A stretch of DNA of 64,000 nt from Ranitomeya imitator (lineage: Eukaryota). The translations under genes were made by a program, and so were the position numbers. The notes under the pieces are model-generated. The model did no database searches. It was not told where the DNA came from and saw nothing but the letters and a program-made list of their open reading frames with translations. Positions 47,399-59,456 of this stretch are shown piece by piece. Location of the stretch: contig NC_091288.1 of assembly GCF_032444005.1 (NCBI RefSeq), positions 220,844,001 to 220,908,000 of the forward strand, in the 5' to 3' direction. The number at the start of each line of letters is the position of its first letter. The stretch's first letter is position 1.

Positions 47399-47576
47399 GG
47401 CCGGGATCACACATGCGAGAAACACGTCTGTGTCTCGCATGTGAAATCCAAGCTCTGGCGCCGTGCGGCCGCATAGAAACACATGGAGCTGCACGCTCCG
47501 CTCCCAAGTGCTGGCGCCAGAGCTTGGATTTCACATGCGAGACACGGACGTGTTTCTCGCATGTGTGATCCCGACC
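47399..47576. mobile_element. PIF/Harbinger-type MITE, 178 bp
   Basis: TAA TSD (47396-47398, 47577-47579); 64-bp TIRs (47399-47462, 47513-47576) with 2 mismatches. Confidence 0.85.
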
Positions 47577-49173
47577 TAAGAGAGACTTTCATTCCTGTAC
47601 AAATCAGGTAACAGAGATTGCAGAGAGCAGCAGCCATGGCTCTTGGTATCAAAGCTTCTGTTTGGAACAGAGGTAAAGACTTGACCGCTGCAAGTGGCGG
47701 CACATTACTTAACAATAGCCAGTTGCCTTCCCAGTGCCGCACGTCGGTCCTGTCTTGCTAGCCAGTATCTTTTCATGGCAGCTTCCTAGACCCGGCCAAC
47801 ACTTGGCTCCCAGTCCCACCTCACTGTCCCAGGGTGCTCCTTTGCTCCTCCCGACACATAGTGGCTCCTGGACTTCTTTTATCTCAGCTGGACAGCCATT
47901 TTCTACCTGTCTCTGCTCCACAGAATACCAAGGGTCTCTCTCTCTAGCTCTAATTTATCTGAAGCCCCATTTTTTCCTTAGAAAGAAGGAAGCAATTTGT
48001 TACCAGTCCCAGCCCTTGCGCCCGACCTTGCTTCCTTCTGCCTCCGACACAGTCAGTATTGTGTCTCTGAATATTTAAAGAATAGTTCTCAGATTTCATT
48101 TGTTTGTAAAGAATTTTTTTCTCCTCCTATTATGTTCAGCTCCAGTCAGATGTCTAATTATCTACTCAGCTATTCCTGATTTACATACTTCTACTACCAG
48201 TCCTATTTTCAGTCTCAGTTCAGCTCATCTAGGTGTCACCCACACTTATCATTCTACAATCAGGCCTCCGTATTTCCAACTTCTTTCAGCTGTTCTCCAT
48301 TCTATTAACACTTCGGTCCCTGCCATCAAGGTAATGCAACTCTGCAAGCAAGTTACCAGTATGCCAATATAGTTACACTATTTATATGTGAACAGCAGCT
48401 CTGCAAACAAGTTTGAGAATTCTTCACTGTTATCCTGCAGTTTCCTGATAAAAGATCTATTTTGCATAAATCTCTGGTAATAACCATAAACCTGCTACAT
48501 GTTCCGTATTGCTTTATATGCAGCGCCCCAGAGTCCTGGTCGTTGCAGTGATGTTGCTCTCCCACCAGGGGGAGTGATGTTACGTCTGATGGCACCAAAG
48601 GAGTTAAACCCTGCCAGGTATCACAGCCACACACACATTTCACACTCCAGTCCACCAGGGGGAGCTAAGGGTTCTATCTATTAGGCCACTCCTCACATAA
48701 GGGTAAAACTGGTGGGTTGGTTAGGAAGTCAGAAAGAGAAGGCAGAAGGAGGGAGAAGGAGGAGAGAGCAGTTCCTGGCTGGAGACTAGCGAGAAAGGTC
48801 TCCAGGCCGAGCTGGCTGGAGCAAGGCCCAGCCAGATCCAGACTACGGTCAGAGGAGGAGGAGGACAGAAGGCACAAGGAGCTGTGCCTGCACCTGATTG
48901 CGGCAGCATCCTAGGAAAGGACAAGAAGGGAAACGTGTCGTAGTGAGTGAAAAACGAAGTCGTAGCAACAGGAGTAACAAATCAGTGGGAGACCAGCTAG
49001 AAGCAGGCTGCCTCCCCTGAAGCGCAGTGCCGGTGGCCGGAGCACCAAGGGAATAATAGACTCTATGCTTTACTTCAGAGACCGGCAGGGCAGTCATCTC
49101 CAAGTTGGCTGTCCGACCTAAGAGCCTAAGCAGACAAGGTGGCAATGTGGAGGAGGGGTGACACTAGGGTCCC

Positions 49174-50883
49174 TGTTATGATCCGGTGACCTTGGAGCAG
49201 CATGAAAACTTTCACTGGAGAAGGTGGTAACTATACTGACCGCAAATCCTGATCTTAACACCGCAACTAGAAGTAGCCGTGGGGTGTGCCTAACAAGCCC
49301 TAGACACCTCGTCACAGCCGGAGGACTAAATACCCCTAAAGATGGAAATAGGAATACTATCTTGCCTCAGAGCAGAACCCCAAAGGATAGACAGCCCCCC
49401 ACAAATATTGGCTGTGAGTAGGAGAGGAAAAACATATTCATTAATGATCTGGTAGGTTTACACAGTAAAATATCGATATTTGCAGATGATACAAAACTAT
49501 GTAAAGCAGTTAATACAAGAGAAGATAGTATTCTGCTACAGATGGATCTGGATAAGTTGGAAACTTGGGCTGAAAGGTGGCAGATGAGGTTTAACAATGA
49601 TAAATGTAAGGTTATACACATGGGAAGAAGGAATCAATATCACCATTACACACTGAACGGGAAACCACTGGGTAAATCTGACAGGGAGAAGGACTTGGGG
49701 ATCCTAGTTAATGATAAACTTACCTGGAGCAGCCAGTGCCAGGCAGCAGCTGCCAAGGCAAACAGGATCATGGGGTGCATTAAAAGAGGTCTGGATACAC
49801 ATGATGAGAGCATTATACTGCCTCTGTACAAATCCCTAGTTAGACCGCACATGGAGTACTGTGTCCAGTTTTGGGCACCGGTGCTCAGGAAGGATATAAT
49901 GGAACTAGAGAGAGTACAAAGGAGGGCAACAAAATTAATAAAGGGGATGGGAGAACTACAATACCCAGATAGATTAGCGAAATTAGGATTATTTAGTCTA
50001 GAAAAAAGACGACTGAGGGGCGATCTAATAACCATGTATAAGTATATAAGGGGACAATACAAATATCTCGCTGAGGATTTGTTTATACCAAGGAAGATGA
50101 CGGGCACAAGGGGGCATTCTTTACGTCTGGAGGAGAGAAGGTTTTTCCACCAACATAGAAGAGGATTCTTTACTGTTAGGGCAGTGAGAATCTGGAATTG
50201 CTTGCCTGAGGAGGTGGTGATGGCGAACTCAGTCGAGGGGTTTAAGAGAGGCCTGGATGTCTTCCTGGAGCAGAACAATATTGTATCATACAATTATTAG
50301 GTTCTGTAGAAGGACGTAGATCTGGGGATTTATTATGATGGAATATAGGTTGAACTGGATGGACAAATGTCTTTTTTCAGCCTTACTAACTATGTTACTA
50401 TGTTACTATGTAAAAACACACACAGTCAGAAAACAGGATTTAGCACAAGAGGCCGCTCTAACTAAAATAGGAAAGGATAGGACAGAGTTCTGTGTGGTCA
50501 GTATTAAAACCTTTCTAAAAATATCCACAGCAGATTATACAAAAATTCCTCCATCTAACTAAAGACGTGGAACGTATATCTGCAATTCCAGAGACTACAA
50601 AACTCAGAGCAGGAATACAATCAAAAACAAGCACACAGCTTGTGTGGCATAGAAAAAGAAACAGACGCTTATTTTTGCTGAATTGGCAGCTAAGCAGGAG
50701 AAGCCAGACAGAGATCCAATACTTCACAAGAAACATTGACAACTGGCAAGGACTAATGAGTCCTGCAAACCTAAATACTCCAATCAGAACTGCAATCAGC
50801 AGATACACCTGTCCAGGACTGCAGCCCAGAGACAACTGCATTACCACCTACAAAAGCAGAGCCCAAAAGCAGAATTCACAACA
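49174..50883 (-). mobile_element. Nested solo LTR related to the chromovirus LTRs, split by CR1
   Basis: TGTTATGATCC...AATTCACAACA termini; shares CTGACCGC, TAGCCG..GG..GTGCCTA, TCTTGCCTC and CAGCCCCCCA with 18374-19107 (strand assigned by that homology); approximate TSD GTCCC / GATCCC. Confidence 0.8.
49431..50411 (+). mobile_element. CR1 LINE 3' fragment
   Basis: FADDTKL, EKDLG, LYKSLVRPHMEYCVQFW, LERVQRRATK, LEKRRLRGD; (TTACTATG)n tail; AAAAACA duplicated at 49428-49434 and 50412-50418. Confidence 0.95.
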
Positions 50884-51830
50884 GATCCCTATAAAATAGC
50901 CTCAGACCACCACCGTCATATGGGTTTTGTCCTATCCATCTGGGGGACAGGAGAAGAGTAACAAGAGTGAAGGCCCTGTTAGGAGGTAATGCACGTAGGG
51001 ACCTACAACGTTACTGTGCGCAAGGGGAAGGCTACTGATTTCCACCTGGCTCAGGGGACTCTGGAATTGCCATCAGACCGGCCGGACTCTGCCGACCCTG
51101 TAGCCTGGTACTCCGGACTGCGGATGCTGAAGCCTTCAGTAAAGGTAAAGAGACTGCACCCATTGTGTCCTCGTTATTCACCGCATCTCGCATCACCCAC
51201 CATCAACATCTACACTACTGGGAAGCCCTGGGGAAACACTTCACCTGTGGGAAGGTATTCCATCTAGCTGCCATAACATCACCCCAGTGGACCCCAGTGG
51301 ACCCCTAAGCAGCGTCGGTCACCCTGACCGAATACCACAGGCGGCGTCATGAACACTTGACAAACTTATATCACCTTTTAATTGGGCGCCCCTTAGCAGG
51401 GCCACGGACCGGGTCGGGCCACCATGACATCCCCGCAGAAGGGACTGAACAACCCGGTACCGAGTACCCCATTGCCCTGCGCCTGGGGGCGATCCATATA
51501 TCTATAGTTTCTATGGGAATCTAACATCCTGCAAATCCTTCTATCCTGGTCCTCACTGAACCATGTGCCATCCTTCAAGACCCACTCCACTGCACCATCG
51601 TCTGTCTCAGTGTTGCTCATCCATACCTATGGCTTAGAGGATCTACCTTACCAGGGAGCCCGAAAAACAATTGAACTTTCAAGTGGCAGAATTTGCCACA
51701 TATACTGTCCGGCACTAGAAATCTCGACACTGTTTTGTCTGTCCACAAAGATAAACAGAGGCTGACAGCACTCACTGCTCTGGGGCGCCTGTTCAACATC
51801 CAGGGAACCATCCCGGATACTTCCAAACCA

Positions 51831-52062
51831 TCCAATACATAATGAACAGCGCTCCACCCAGGTGTAGAAATCTTCAAAACATGCTTTATTGAGCCATGGT
51901 ACAGCAGCAACGTTTCGACCACAACTTGGTCTTTGTCAAGCCTTTGTCAAGTCTTAACAAAGACCAAATTGTGGTCGAAACGTTGCTGCTGTACCATGGC
52001 TCAATAAAGCATGTTTTGAAGATTTCTACACCTGGGTGGAGCGCTGTTCATTATGTATTGGA
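51831..52062. repeat. Near-perfect inverted repeat of Penelope-type 3' ends (110-bp arms, 12-bp spacer)
   Basis: Arms 51831-51940 and 51953-52062, 2 mismatches seen; each arm has GTCGAAACGTTGC, AATAAA and CACC(T/C)GG.TGGAGCGCTGTTC, as at 30027-30106. Confidence 0.9.
51906..51942 (-). ncRNA. Candidate minimal hammerhead ribozyme (U3-A8 variant), left arm of the palindrome
   Basis: Minus strand GGC-TTGACAA-A-GACCA(AGTTG)TGGTC-GAAA-CG-TT-GCT. The plus-strand copy at 51951-51987 has G5 changed to A. Confidence 0.55.
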
Positions 52063-53317
52063 CCGTTTTGTCTGTCGGCATGGCTGGTGAGTGTCATGAA
52101 CTAATTGCTCTCCTATGTTGCAATACAGTGTTTAAAACGTCATCTTGAACCTTTAGACATCCACTTTACAATCCTTAGCACTTCCTCTTTTCAGTAGCAA
52201 CTTTTCAAGCTATATTAGGTCCCAGCATGGTCACACGGGAAGGCGAATACTGCAGGACGCTGTGAAAACATGAGGTCTCTTGGGGGCCAGAAGCTTCACC
52301 TCTCACCTGACGCGAGGTGCCACATTTTTTATGAAAACAATAGAAAACACCAGGTCAAATCCCTGTTCATAACAACAACTTTGAGGCAATTTTTTAAAAA
52401 CCGTAATGTTTTGCCCCAATAATGTAATTAATGTAGTTTTAAGACTGAGAGTCTAAGCTTTAGAATAAAATCTACAGTAGATTGCAACATTAGCCTTGGC
52501 CCGGGCTGAGATACCACTGCTGGTAATCAGAAGTAAGGAGAGACACGCATGAGACCATTAGTGGCCAGGAAGCATCTTACATGCTCTTGATCACTGATGT
52601 CCAACTCTACATATCAGGTAAGACCTTGGCAGGGAATGGTTTAGAGGGAACCTATCAGCGCGTTTTTACATACGATAATTGGGTTGGAAGTGCAATAGGA
52701 GCATGTCAATTAAATTTGAAGAAATATTCCAAGTGCAATGACACGCCCCAGTGCACTTTTCCTGATTTGCATATGGCATCTCAACTAGATCTGTTACATC
52801 AGATCTCTACAAATTGTATCATTGTAATGGGGGACATGGCCCTAAACAGCCATTCCTGTACTCCTGTATGTGGACGCCTGCAGGCAGGATCCCTTTAAGT
52901 CCCCTATCCAGAATGGTTATCAGTCATAATGAATGGGTGGGGACGGAGACTTTGCTTCATATTCACATTTCTGATTTCGTGTTTTTAGTTATTCATTTAC
53001 TGGGAGGAAATAAGGTGTGAAAAGTTTGAGTTGTGAAATCTTACCTGCAAATTGTACAACTGAGACAAAAAAGAGAAAAAAATTGTTTCCTTCACCAAAA
53101 AGGTTTTTGTACCAATAATCCAAAGATCCATCTTTGGCTAAGGCTAAACTATTGACACCTACCGGAGGGGGATTAGTCATAGGAGGAATTTTGAAGTCTG
53201 GCAAAGACGACCCCGTACTGAGGAGCAGTGAAAATCCAACATCAGATAAGAACAGGACAGTGCTCCTCTCCAAAATACAGCCTGATGTAAGAAGAAGAGG
53301 GGACGCTGCACACTTCC

Positions 53318-54733
53318 CGGGCACAATGGTGGACACAGCTTGGGCACAATAGTGTAAATCACCAGAGCACAATGGTGGGCACAGCCCGGGCACAATAGTC
53401 AACACAGCCCGGGTGGTGGACACTGCCCAGGCACAATGGTGGAAACAGCCAATGCATAAAGGAGGACACGGCCTGGGCACGAAGGTAGATGCTGCTCGGG
53501 CACAATGACGGACTCGACCCAGGCACGACAATGGACACTGTCTGGGCACAATGGTGGACACAGCCCAAGGCACGAAGGTGGACGCTGCCCGGACACAATG
53601 GCAGACTTGACTCAGGCACGAAGGTGGTCACAATGGTGGACATGGCATGGGCACAATGGTGGACACGGCCCGAATACAATGCTGGATATGGCCAGTGCGC
53701 AATGGTGGACTTGGCCCAGGCATGAAGGTGGACAGTGCCTGGGCACAATGGTGGACATGGCATTGGCACAATGGGGGACACTGCCTGGGTATGAAGGTGG
53801 ACATGGCTCCAGCACAATGGTAGAGACAGCCCGGGCACAATGGTGGACATGACCAGAGCACAATGGAGGATATGACTAGGGCACAATGGTGGACACAGCC
53901 TGGGCACAGTGGTGGACATGGCATGGGCACAATGGTGGACACGGCCCGGATACAATGGTGGATATGGCCAGTGCACAATGGTGGACACTGCCCCAGCACA
54001 ATGGGGGGCATTGCTGGGGCATGAAGGTGAACAGAGCCCGAGCACAATGGTGGACATGACCAGAGCACAATAGAGGGCATGACCAGGGCACAATGGTGGA
54101 CAAAGCCTGGGCACAATGATGAACACAGCTCGGGCACAATGTTAGACATGGCCCAGGCACAATGGTGGACACAGCCTGGGCCCAATGGTGGACACAGCTC
54201 GGGCCCAATGGTAGACACAGCCTGGGCCCAATGGTGGACACAGCTCGGGCACAATGTTAGACATGGCCCGGGCACAATGGTGGACATAGCCTGGGCACAA
54301 TGGTGGACACAGCTCGGGCACAATGTTAGACATGGCCCAGGCACAATGGTGGACACAGCCTGGGCCCAATGGTGGACACAGCTCGGGCCCAATGGTAGAC
54401 ACAGCCTGGGCCCAATGGTGGACACAGCTCGGGCACAATGTTAGACATGGCCCGGGCACAATGGTGGACACAGCCTGGGCCCAATGGTGGACACAGCTCG
54501 GGCACAATGTTAGACATGGCCCGGGCACAATGGTGGACACAGCCTGGGCCCAATGGTGGACACAGCTCGGGCACAATGTTAGACATGGCCCAGGCACAAT
54601 GGTGGACACAGCCTGGGCCCAATGGTGGACACAGCTCGGGCAAAATGGTAGACATGACCAGAGCACAATGGTGAACTCTGCCCTGGCACAATGTGGGAAA
54701 CTTCCCGAGCATGGAGGTGGACACAGCCCGGCA
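53318..54733. repeat. 23-bp minisatellite with 69/92-bp higher-order blocks
   Basis: Unit GGGCACAATGGTGGACACAGCC(T/C); right part repeats fixed variant trimers/tetramers (23-aa periodic ORFs). Confidence 0.95.
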
Positions 54734-54734
54734 C

Positions 54735-55080
54735 CACTCTTCGGAGTTGTGTCTCCAAAATCAATTTCTAAATTAGTTATGTTGTCAAGTAAAATAGAAA
54801 TATGTCCAACATTCAACTTATGATCCATTCTATGCTCTGCGTGATAAAATATGGAAAAGACATTTCCATGATCACACGCAAGGAACATTGTAGCTAAATG
54901 TGGGAAACTCAGAGAGTCATAGCGTTTGGTGAAGTCGCCATAAAAAGCCGTCATCTGTAAGAGGCTGCGGGTAACTCTACTGTAACCTCCAATATGTTCT
55001 GCAGGATCAGTCTCCATGACTGTATGGTCACCGTACGGCAGGAAGATTGGTCTCAGTGTTTGGATGGTTGTTTTCATTCA
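54735..55080 (-). pseudogene. Possible degraded non-LTR RT fragment
   Basis: Minus translation AFYGDFTKRYDSLSF resembles the D-x-x-K-A-Y-D motif of LINE RTs; nothing else conclusive. Confidence 0.35.
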
Positions 55081-55471
55081 GTAACAGCAGGGCCGTCCCC
55101 TATCGTCCACCATAATGAGGGTCTCCGTAGTGGTAACCATGGCTACCTGGGTAGTGGCCCACTCAGATGGGTTTTGGCCCTCACTCCTGTGCTGAACCCC
55201 TCGTTACACCTCCACAATAACTCCATGAACCTACGAAGACTGATATCGGCCATTAATGATGAGTATGGAAAGGGGATGGGTGGGGACGGGACTTTGCTTC
55301 ATACATGTGAATGGTCATTAGGAAATTAGCATAAAAAAATCGTAAATTATACAAAGAGGCAATAAAAGAAAAAAAAGTCTCCAGATAGTCAAAAGTTTAA
55401 GAACTTTCCCTCCCACAACACATATATCTGTGGAGCTGCAAGGAACCAAAAGAAGGCGGCAAAGCGGAGAA

Positions 55472-55514
55472 ATGCCAAGGAACCTGCTCCATGTGCTGAC
55501 AGTCCTACATGTGG
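55472..55514 (+). CDS. First (signal-peptide) exon of a further serine protease paralog; remainder presumably right of the window
   Basis: ATGCCAAGGAACCTGCTCCATGTGCTGACAGTCCTACATGTGG|GTAAG = MPRNLLHVLTVLHV+G; 43 nt, phase 1; 32/43 nt identical to 33182-33224; upstream region also homologous. Confidence 0.72.
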
Positions 55515-55536
55515 GTAAGAGGCTGCACTTATAGGG

Positions 55537-57291
55537 GCGTTACATAGGACTGCAGATGACATCCACAACATTATCTGTACTCAGAGTGTTATCACTGTGT
55601 TATCTGTGGCGTTACATAGGACTGCAGGTGACATCTACTACATTATCTGCACTCAGAGAGTTATCACTGTGTTATCTGTGGTGTTACATAGGACTGCAGG
55701 TGACATCCACAACATTATCTGTACTCAGAGTGTTATCACTGTGTTATCTGTGGCGTTACATAGGACTGCAGGTGACATCTACTACATTATCTGTACTCAG
55801 AGAGTTATCACTGTGTTATCTGTGGCATTACATAGGACTGCAGGTGACATCTCCTACATTATCTGTACTCAGAGAGTTATCACTGTGTTATCTGTGGTGT
55901 TACATAGGACTGCAGGTGACATCTACTCCATTATCTGTACTCGGAGAGTTATCACTGTGTTATCTGTGGCATTACATAGGACTGCAGGTGACATCTCCTA
56001 CATTATCTGTACTCAGAGAGATATCACTGTGTTATCTGTGGTGTTACATAGGACTGCAGGTGACATCCACTACATTATCTGCACTCAGAGAGTGATCACT
56101 GTGTTATCTGTGGTGTTACATAGGACTGCATGTGACATCTACTACATTATCTGTACTCAGAGAGTTATCACTGTGTTATCTGTGGTGTTACATAGGACTG
56201 CAGGTGACATCTACTACATTATCTGTACTCAGGGAGTTATCACTGTGTTATCTGTGGTGTTACATAGGACTGCATGTGACATCTACTACATTATCTGTAC
56301 TCAGAGTTATCGCTGTGTTATCTGTGGTGTTACATAGGACTGCAGGTGACACCTACTCCACTACCAGTACTCAGAGAGTTATCACTGTGTTATCTGTGGT
56401 GTTACATAGGACTGCAGGTGACATCTACTACATTATCTGTACTCAGGGAGTTATCACTGTGTTATCTGTGGTGTTACATAGGACTGCATGTGACATCTAC
56501 TACATTATCTGTACTCAGAGTTATCGCTGTGTTATCTGTGGTGTTACATAGGACTGCAGGTGACACCTACTCCACTACCAGTACTCAGAGAGTTATCACT
56601 GTGTTATCTGTGGTGTTACATAGGACTGCAGGTGACATCTACTACATTATCTGTACTCAGGGAGTTATCACTGTGTTATCTGTGGTGTTACATAGGACTG
56701 CAGGTGACATCTACTACATTATCTGTACTCAGAGAGTTATCGCTGTGTTATCTGTGGTGTTACATAGGACTGCAGGTGACATCTACTACATTATCTGTAC
56801 TCAGAGTCATCACTGTGTTATCTGTGGTGTTACATAGGACTGCAGGTGACATCTACTACATTATCTGCACTCAGAGAGTGATCACTGTGTTATCTGTGGT
56901 GTTACATAGGACTGCAGGTGACATCTACTACATTATCTGTACTCAGAGAGTGATCACTGTGTTATCTGTGGTGTTACATAGGACTGCAGGTGACATCTAC
57001 TACATTATCTGTACTCAGAGAGTCATCACTGTGTTATCTGTGGTGTTACATAGGACTGCAGGTGACATCTACTACATTATCTGTACTCAGAGAGTTATCA
57101 CTGTGTTATCTGTGGTGTTACATAGGACTGCAGGTGACATCTACTACATTATCTGTACTCAGAGAGATATCACTGTGTTACCTGTGGTGTTACATAGGAC
57201 TGCAGGTGACATCTACTACATTATCTGTACTCGGAGAGTTATCACTGTGTTATCTGTGGTGTTACATAGGACTGCAGGTGACGTCTACTAC
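55537..57291 (+). repeat. 72-bp satellite array 3 (~24 units)
   Basis: Same unit as arrays 1 and 2; begins ~22 nt after the donor at 55515. Confidence 0.97.
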
Positions 57292-57883
57292 GTTATAAGC
57301 TAGTAATAAATTCTACTATGTATTGTCATCCCATACAGTACAGAGAACACTTCGTATTATGAGGATTGATACATGATGTAAATAAAAGTAACACAAATAT
57401 TTTCTTTTCTGCGTTTCTTATTATAATAGTTGATACCAATGGAAAGTTTCCACCACTGCTGCTCTTTGGATAACTACTTACATTCCTTGTTTTGTCTTTT
57501 ATGGGAAGGTGGTGGGGTAAAAAGACAAAAGAAATTGTAAAAAAATCTATTCTGTTTTTTTTAAATAAATCATTACTACGTGCAAATAATATCTTAATAG
57601 AACGAGAAAAAAAAGTTTCTTCTTCCTGGACTGATCATTATCTATCAAAATTCTTGTTTCATGAGTAAACTTTGTCTTCAGTGAATGCAGTTTCCCAGTA
57701 CTGAGACGCAGAGAACAGTTTTTTCTCATAAAATTTTATGAAGAAATGTAAATGTTCTTCCAGGAGAACTTGAAACTTATATATGAAATTGCAATAGCAT
57801 TACTGCCATGGAAAAAAGCTAAAAAATAATGTTGCTTAGCGAATACATTGGCAATTTCATGTGCCCGACTCCAAAGACAAGGC

Positions 57884-58719
57884 GACCATCTCTGCGGGGA
57901 CCCGAACCTGACAGTAATGACCTTCTCTGCCGGGACCCTAACCTGACAGTAATGACCTTCTCTGCCGGGACCCTAACCTGAGAGTAATGACCTTCTCTGC
58001 CGGGACCCTAACCTGAGAGTAATGACCTTCTCTGCCGGGACCCTAACCTAACAGTAATGACCTTCTCTGCCGGGACCCTAACCTGAGAGTAATGACCTTC
58101 TCTGCCGGGACCCTAACCTGACAGTAATGACCTTCTCAACCGGGACCCTAACCTGACAGTAATGACCATCTCTGCCGGGACCCTAACCTGAGAGTAATGA
58201 CCTTCTCTGCGGGGACCCTAACCTGACAGTAATGACCTTCTCTGCCGGGACCCTAACCTGACAGTAATGACCTTCTCTGCCGGGACCCTAACCTGAGAGT
58301 AATGACCTTCTCTGCCGGGACCCTAACCTGACAGTAATGACCTTCTCTGCCGGGACCCTAACCTGAGAGTAATGACCTTCTCTGCCGGGACCCTAACCTG
58401 AGAGTAATGACCTTCTCTGCCGGGACCCTAACCTGACAGTAATGACCTTCTCTGCCGGGACCCTAACCTGAGAGTAATGACCTTCTCTGCCGGGACCCTA
58501 ACCTGAGAGTAATGACCTTCTCTGCCGGGACCCTAACCTGACAGTAATGACCTTCTCTGCCGGGACCCTAACCTGAGAGTAATGACCTTCTCTGCCGGGA
58601 CCCTAACCTGACAGTAATGACCTTCTCAACCGGGACCCTAACCTGAGAGTAATGACATTCTCTGCGGGGACCCGAACCTGACAGTAATGACCTTCTCAAC
58701 CGGGACCCTAACCTGACAG
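57884..58719. repeat. 35-bp minisatellite, left block
   Basis: Unit GGGACCCTAACCTGA(C/G)AGTAATGACCTTCTCTGCC. Confidence 0.97.
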
Positions 58720-59456
58720 GGCTCTTGCCTCACCCCTTACTTGGTCCTGTGTCCCACTGACCATGCGTCACTGACCTGAGCTTCTAGTATTGGTGCTGTT
58801 CTCTCCACCCTTTTTTTTTCAGCACCATCGGTGGTTTCCTGACCGACCATATGGGCTTATTGCCCTATGTCTTCATCTGGTCTGTATTTTTCTCCTAGTT
58901 ATTTATCTAACCTGGAGGGGTTGTTTCTTTATTTTGACAACCAAACAACACATGAAATATCTTTTTTCCGCTCAGGATAGGGGGCATGTTTATAGTGAGT
59001 CTGTGTATTATCATGGACGTGTTATGGTTAGCATTGTTATGGTACTATTCATGTGTGTACATTATTGTAATCTATTGGACTTGATTATATCCGCAGTATA
59101 CTGTGTGTTATTACTTTGTGTTCAATCATTCTATTGGGTCCATTAGACCTTTAGCCATTTATCTGTCAGGTTTTTGTACTGTATTCAAGCACCAGGGACA
59201 CTTTATATTGATACTAACATAGTCTGGTACATTGTTTATGCCATTGATCTTTTGCATTGCTATGTCTTAGTATGTTATATTCTGTACCATTGTATAGGGG
59301 TGGGGCCTATTGGTCCTATATTTAGGCCTATTTTAAATGGTTTTATTTTATGTTTGTTGTGTTTCTGAGGTGTAATTAAAGTTTATATATTTGATCTTCG
59401 TATTTTCTTAGTGTGCATACCATTTTTTGGTCTTGTCTTTTTTCTCTTGCTCTGTT
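58720..59456. other. 737-bp non-repetitive insert interrupting the 35-bp array
   Basis: AT/T-rich, no recognisable protein; CCTAACCTGACAG on both sides (58707-58719, 59457-59469). Confidence 0.75.

Larger units (their letters stand above)
48519..51496 (+). mobile_element. Solo LTR split by a nested LTR and CR1
   Basis: TGCAGCGCCCC...GGGGGCGATCCA; exact 4-bp TSD TATA (48515-48518, 51497-51500); halves 48519-49173 and 50884-51496 are colinear with 6229-7440. Confidence 0.88.

Noticed and set aside
49646-50293. 215-aa ORFs antisense to both CR1 copies (also 63133-63780)
   Set aside because: Shadow frames of the CR1 RT; shared only because the copies are nearly identical.
53359-55077. Cys/His/Pro-rich and Trp/Gly-rich ORFs resembling keratin-associated or metal-binding proteins
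   Set aside because: Translations of the 23-bp satellite in several frames on both strands.
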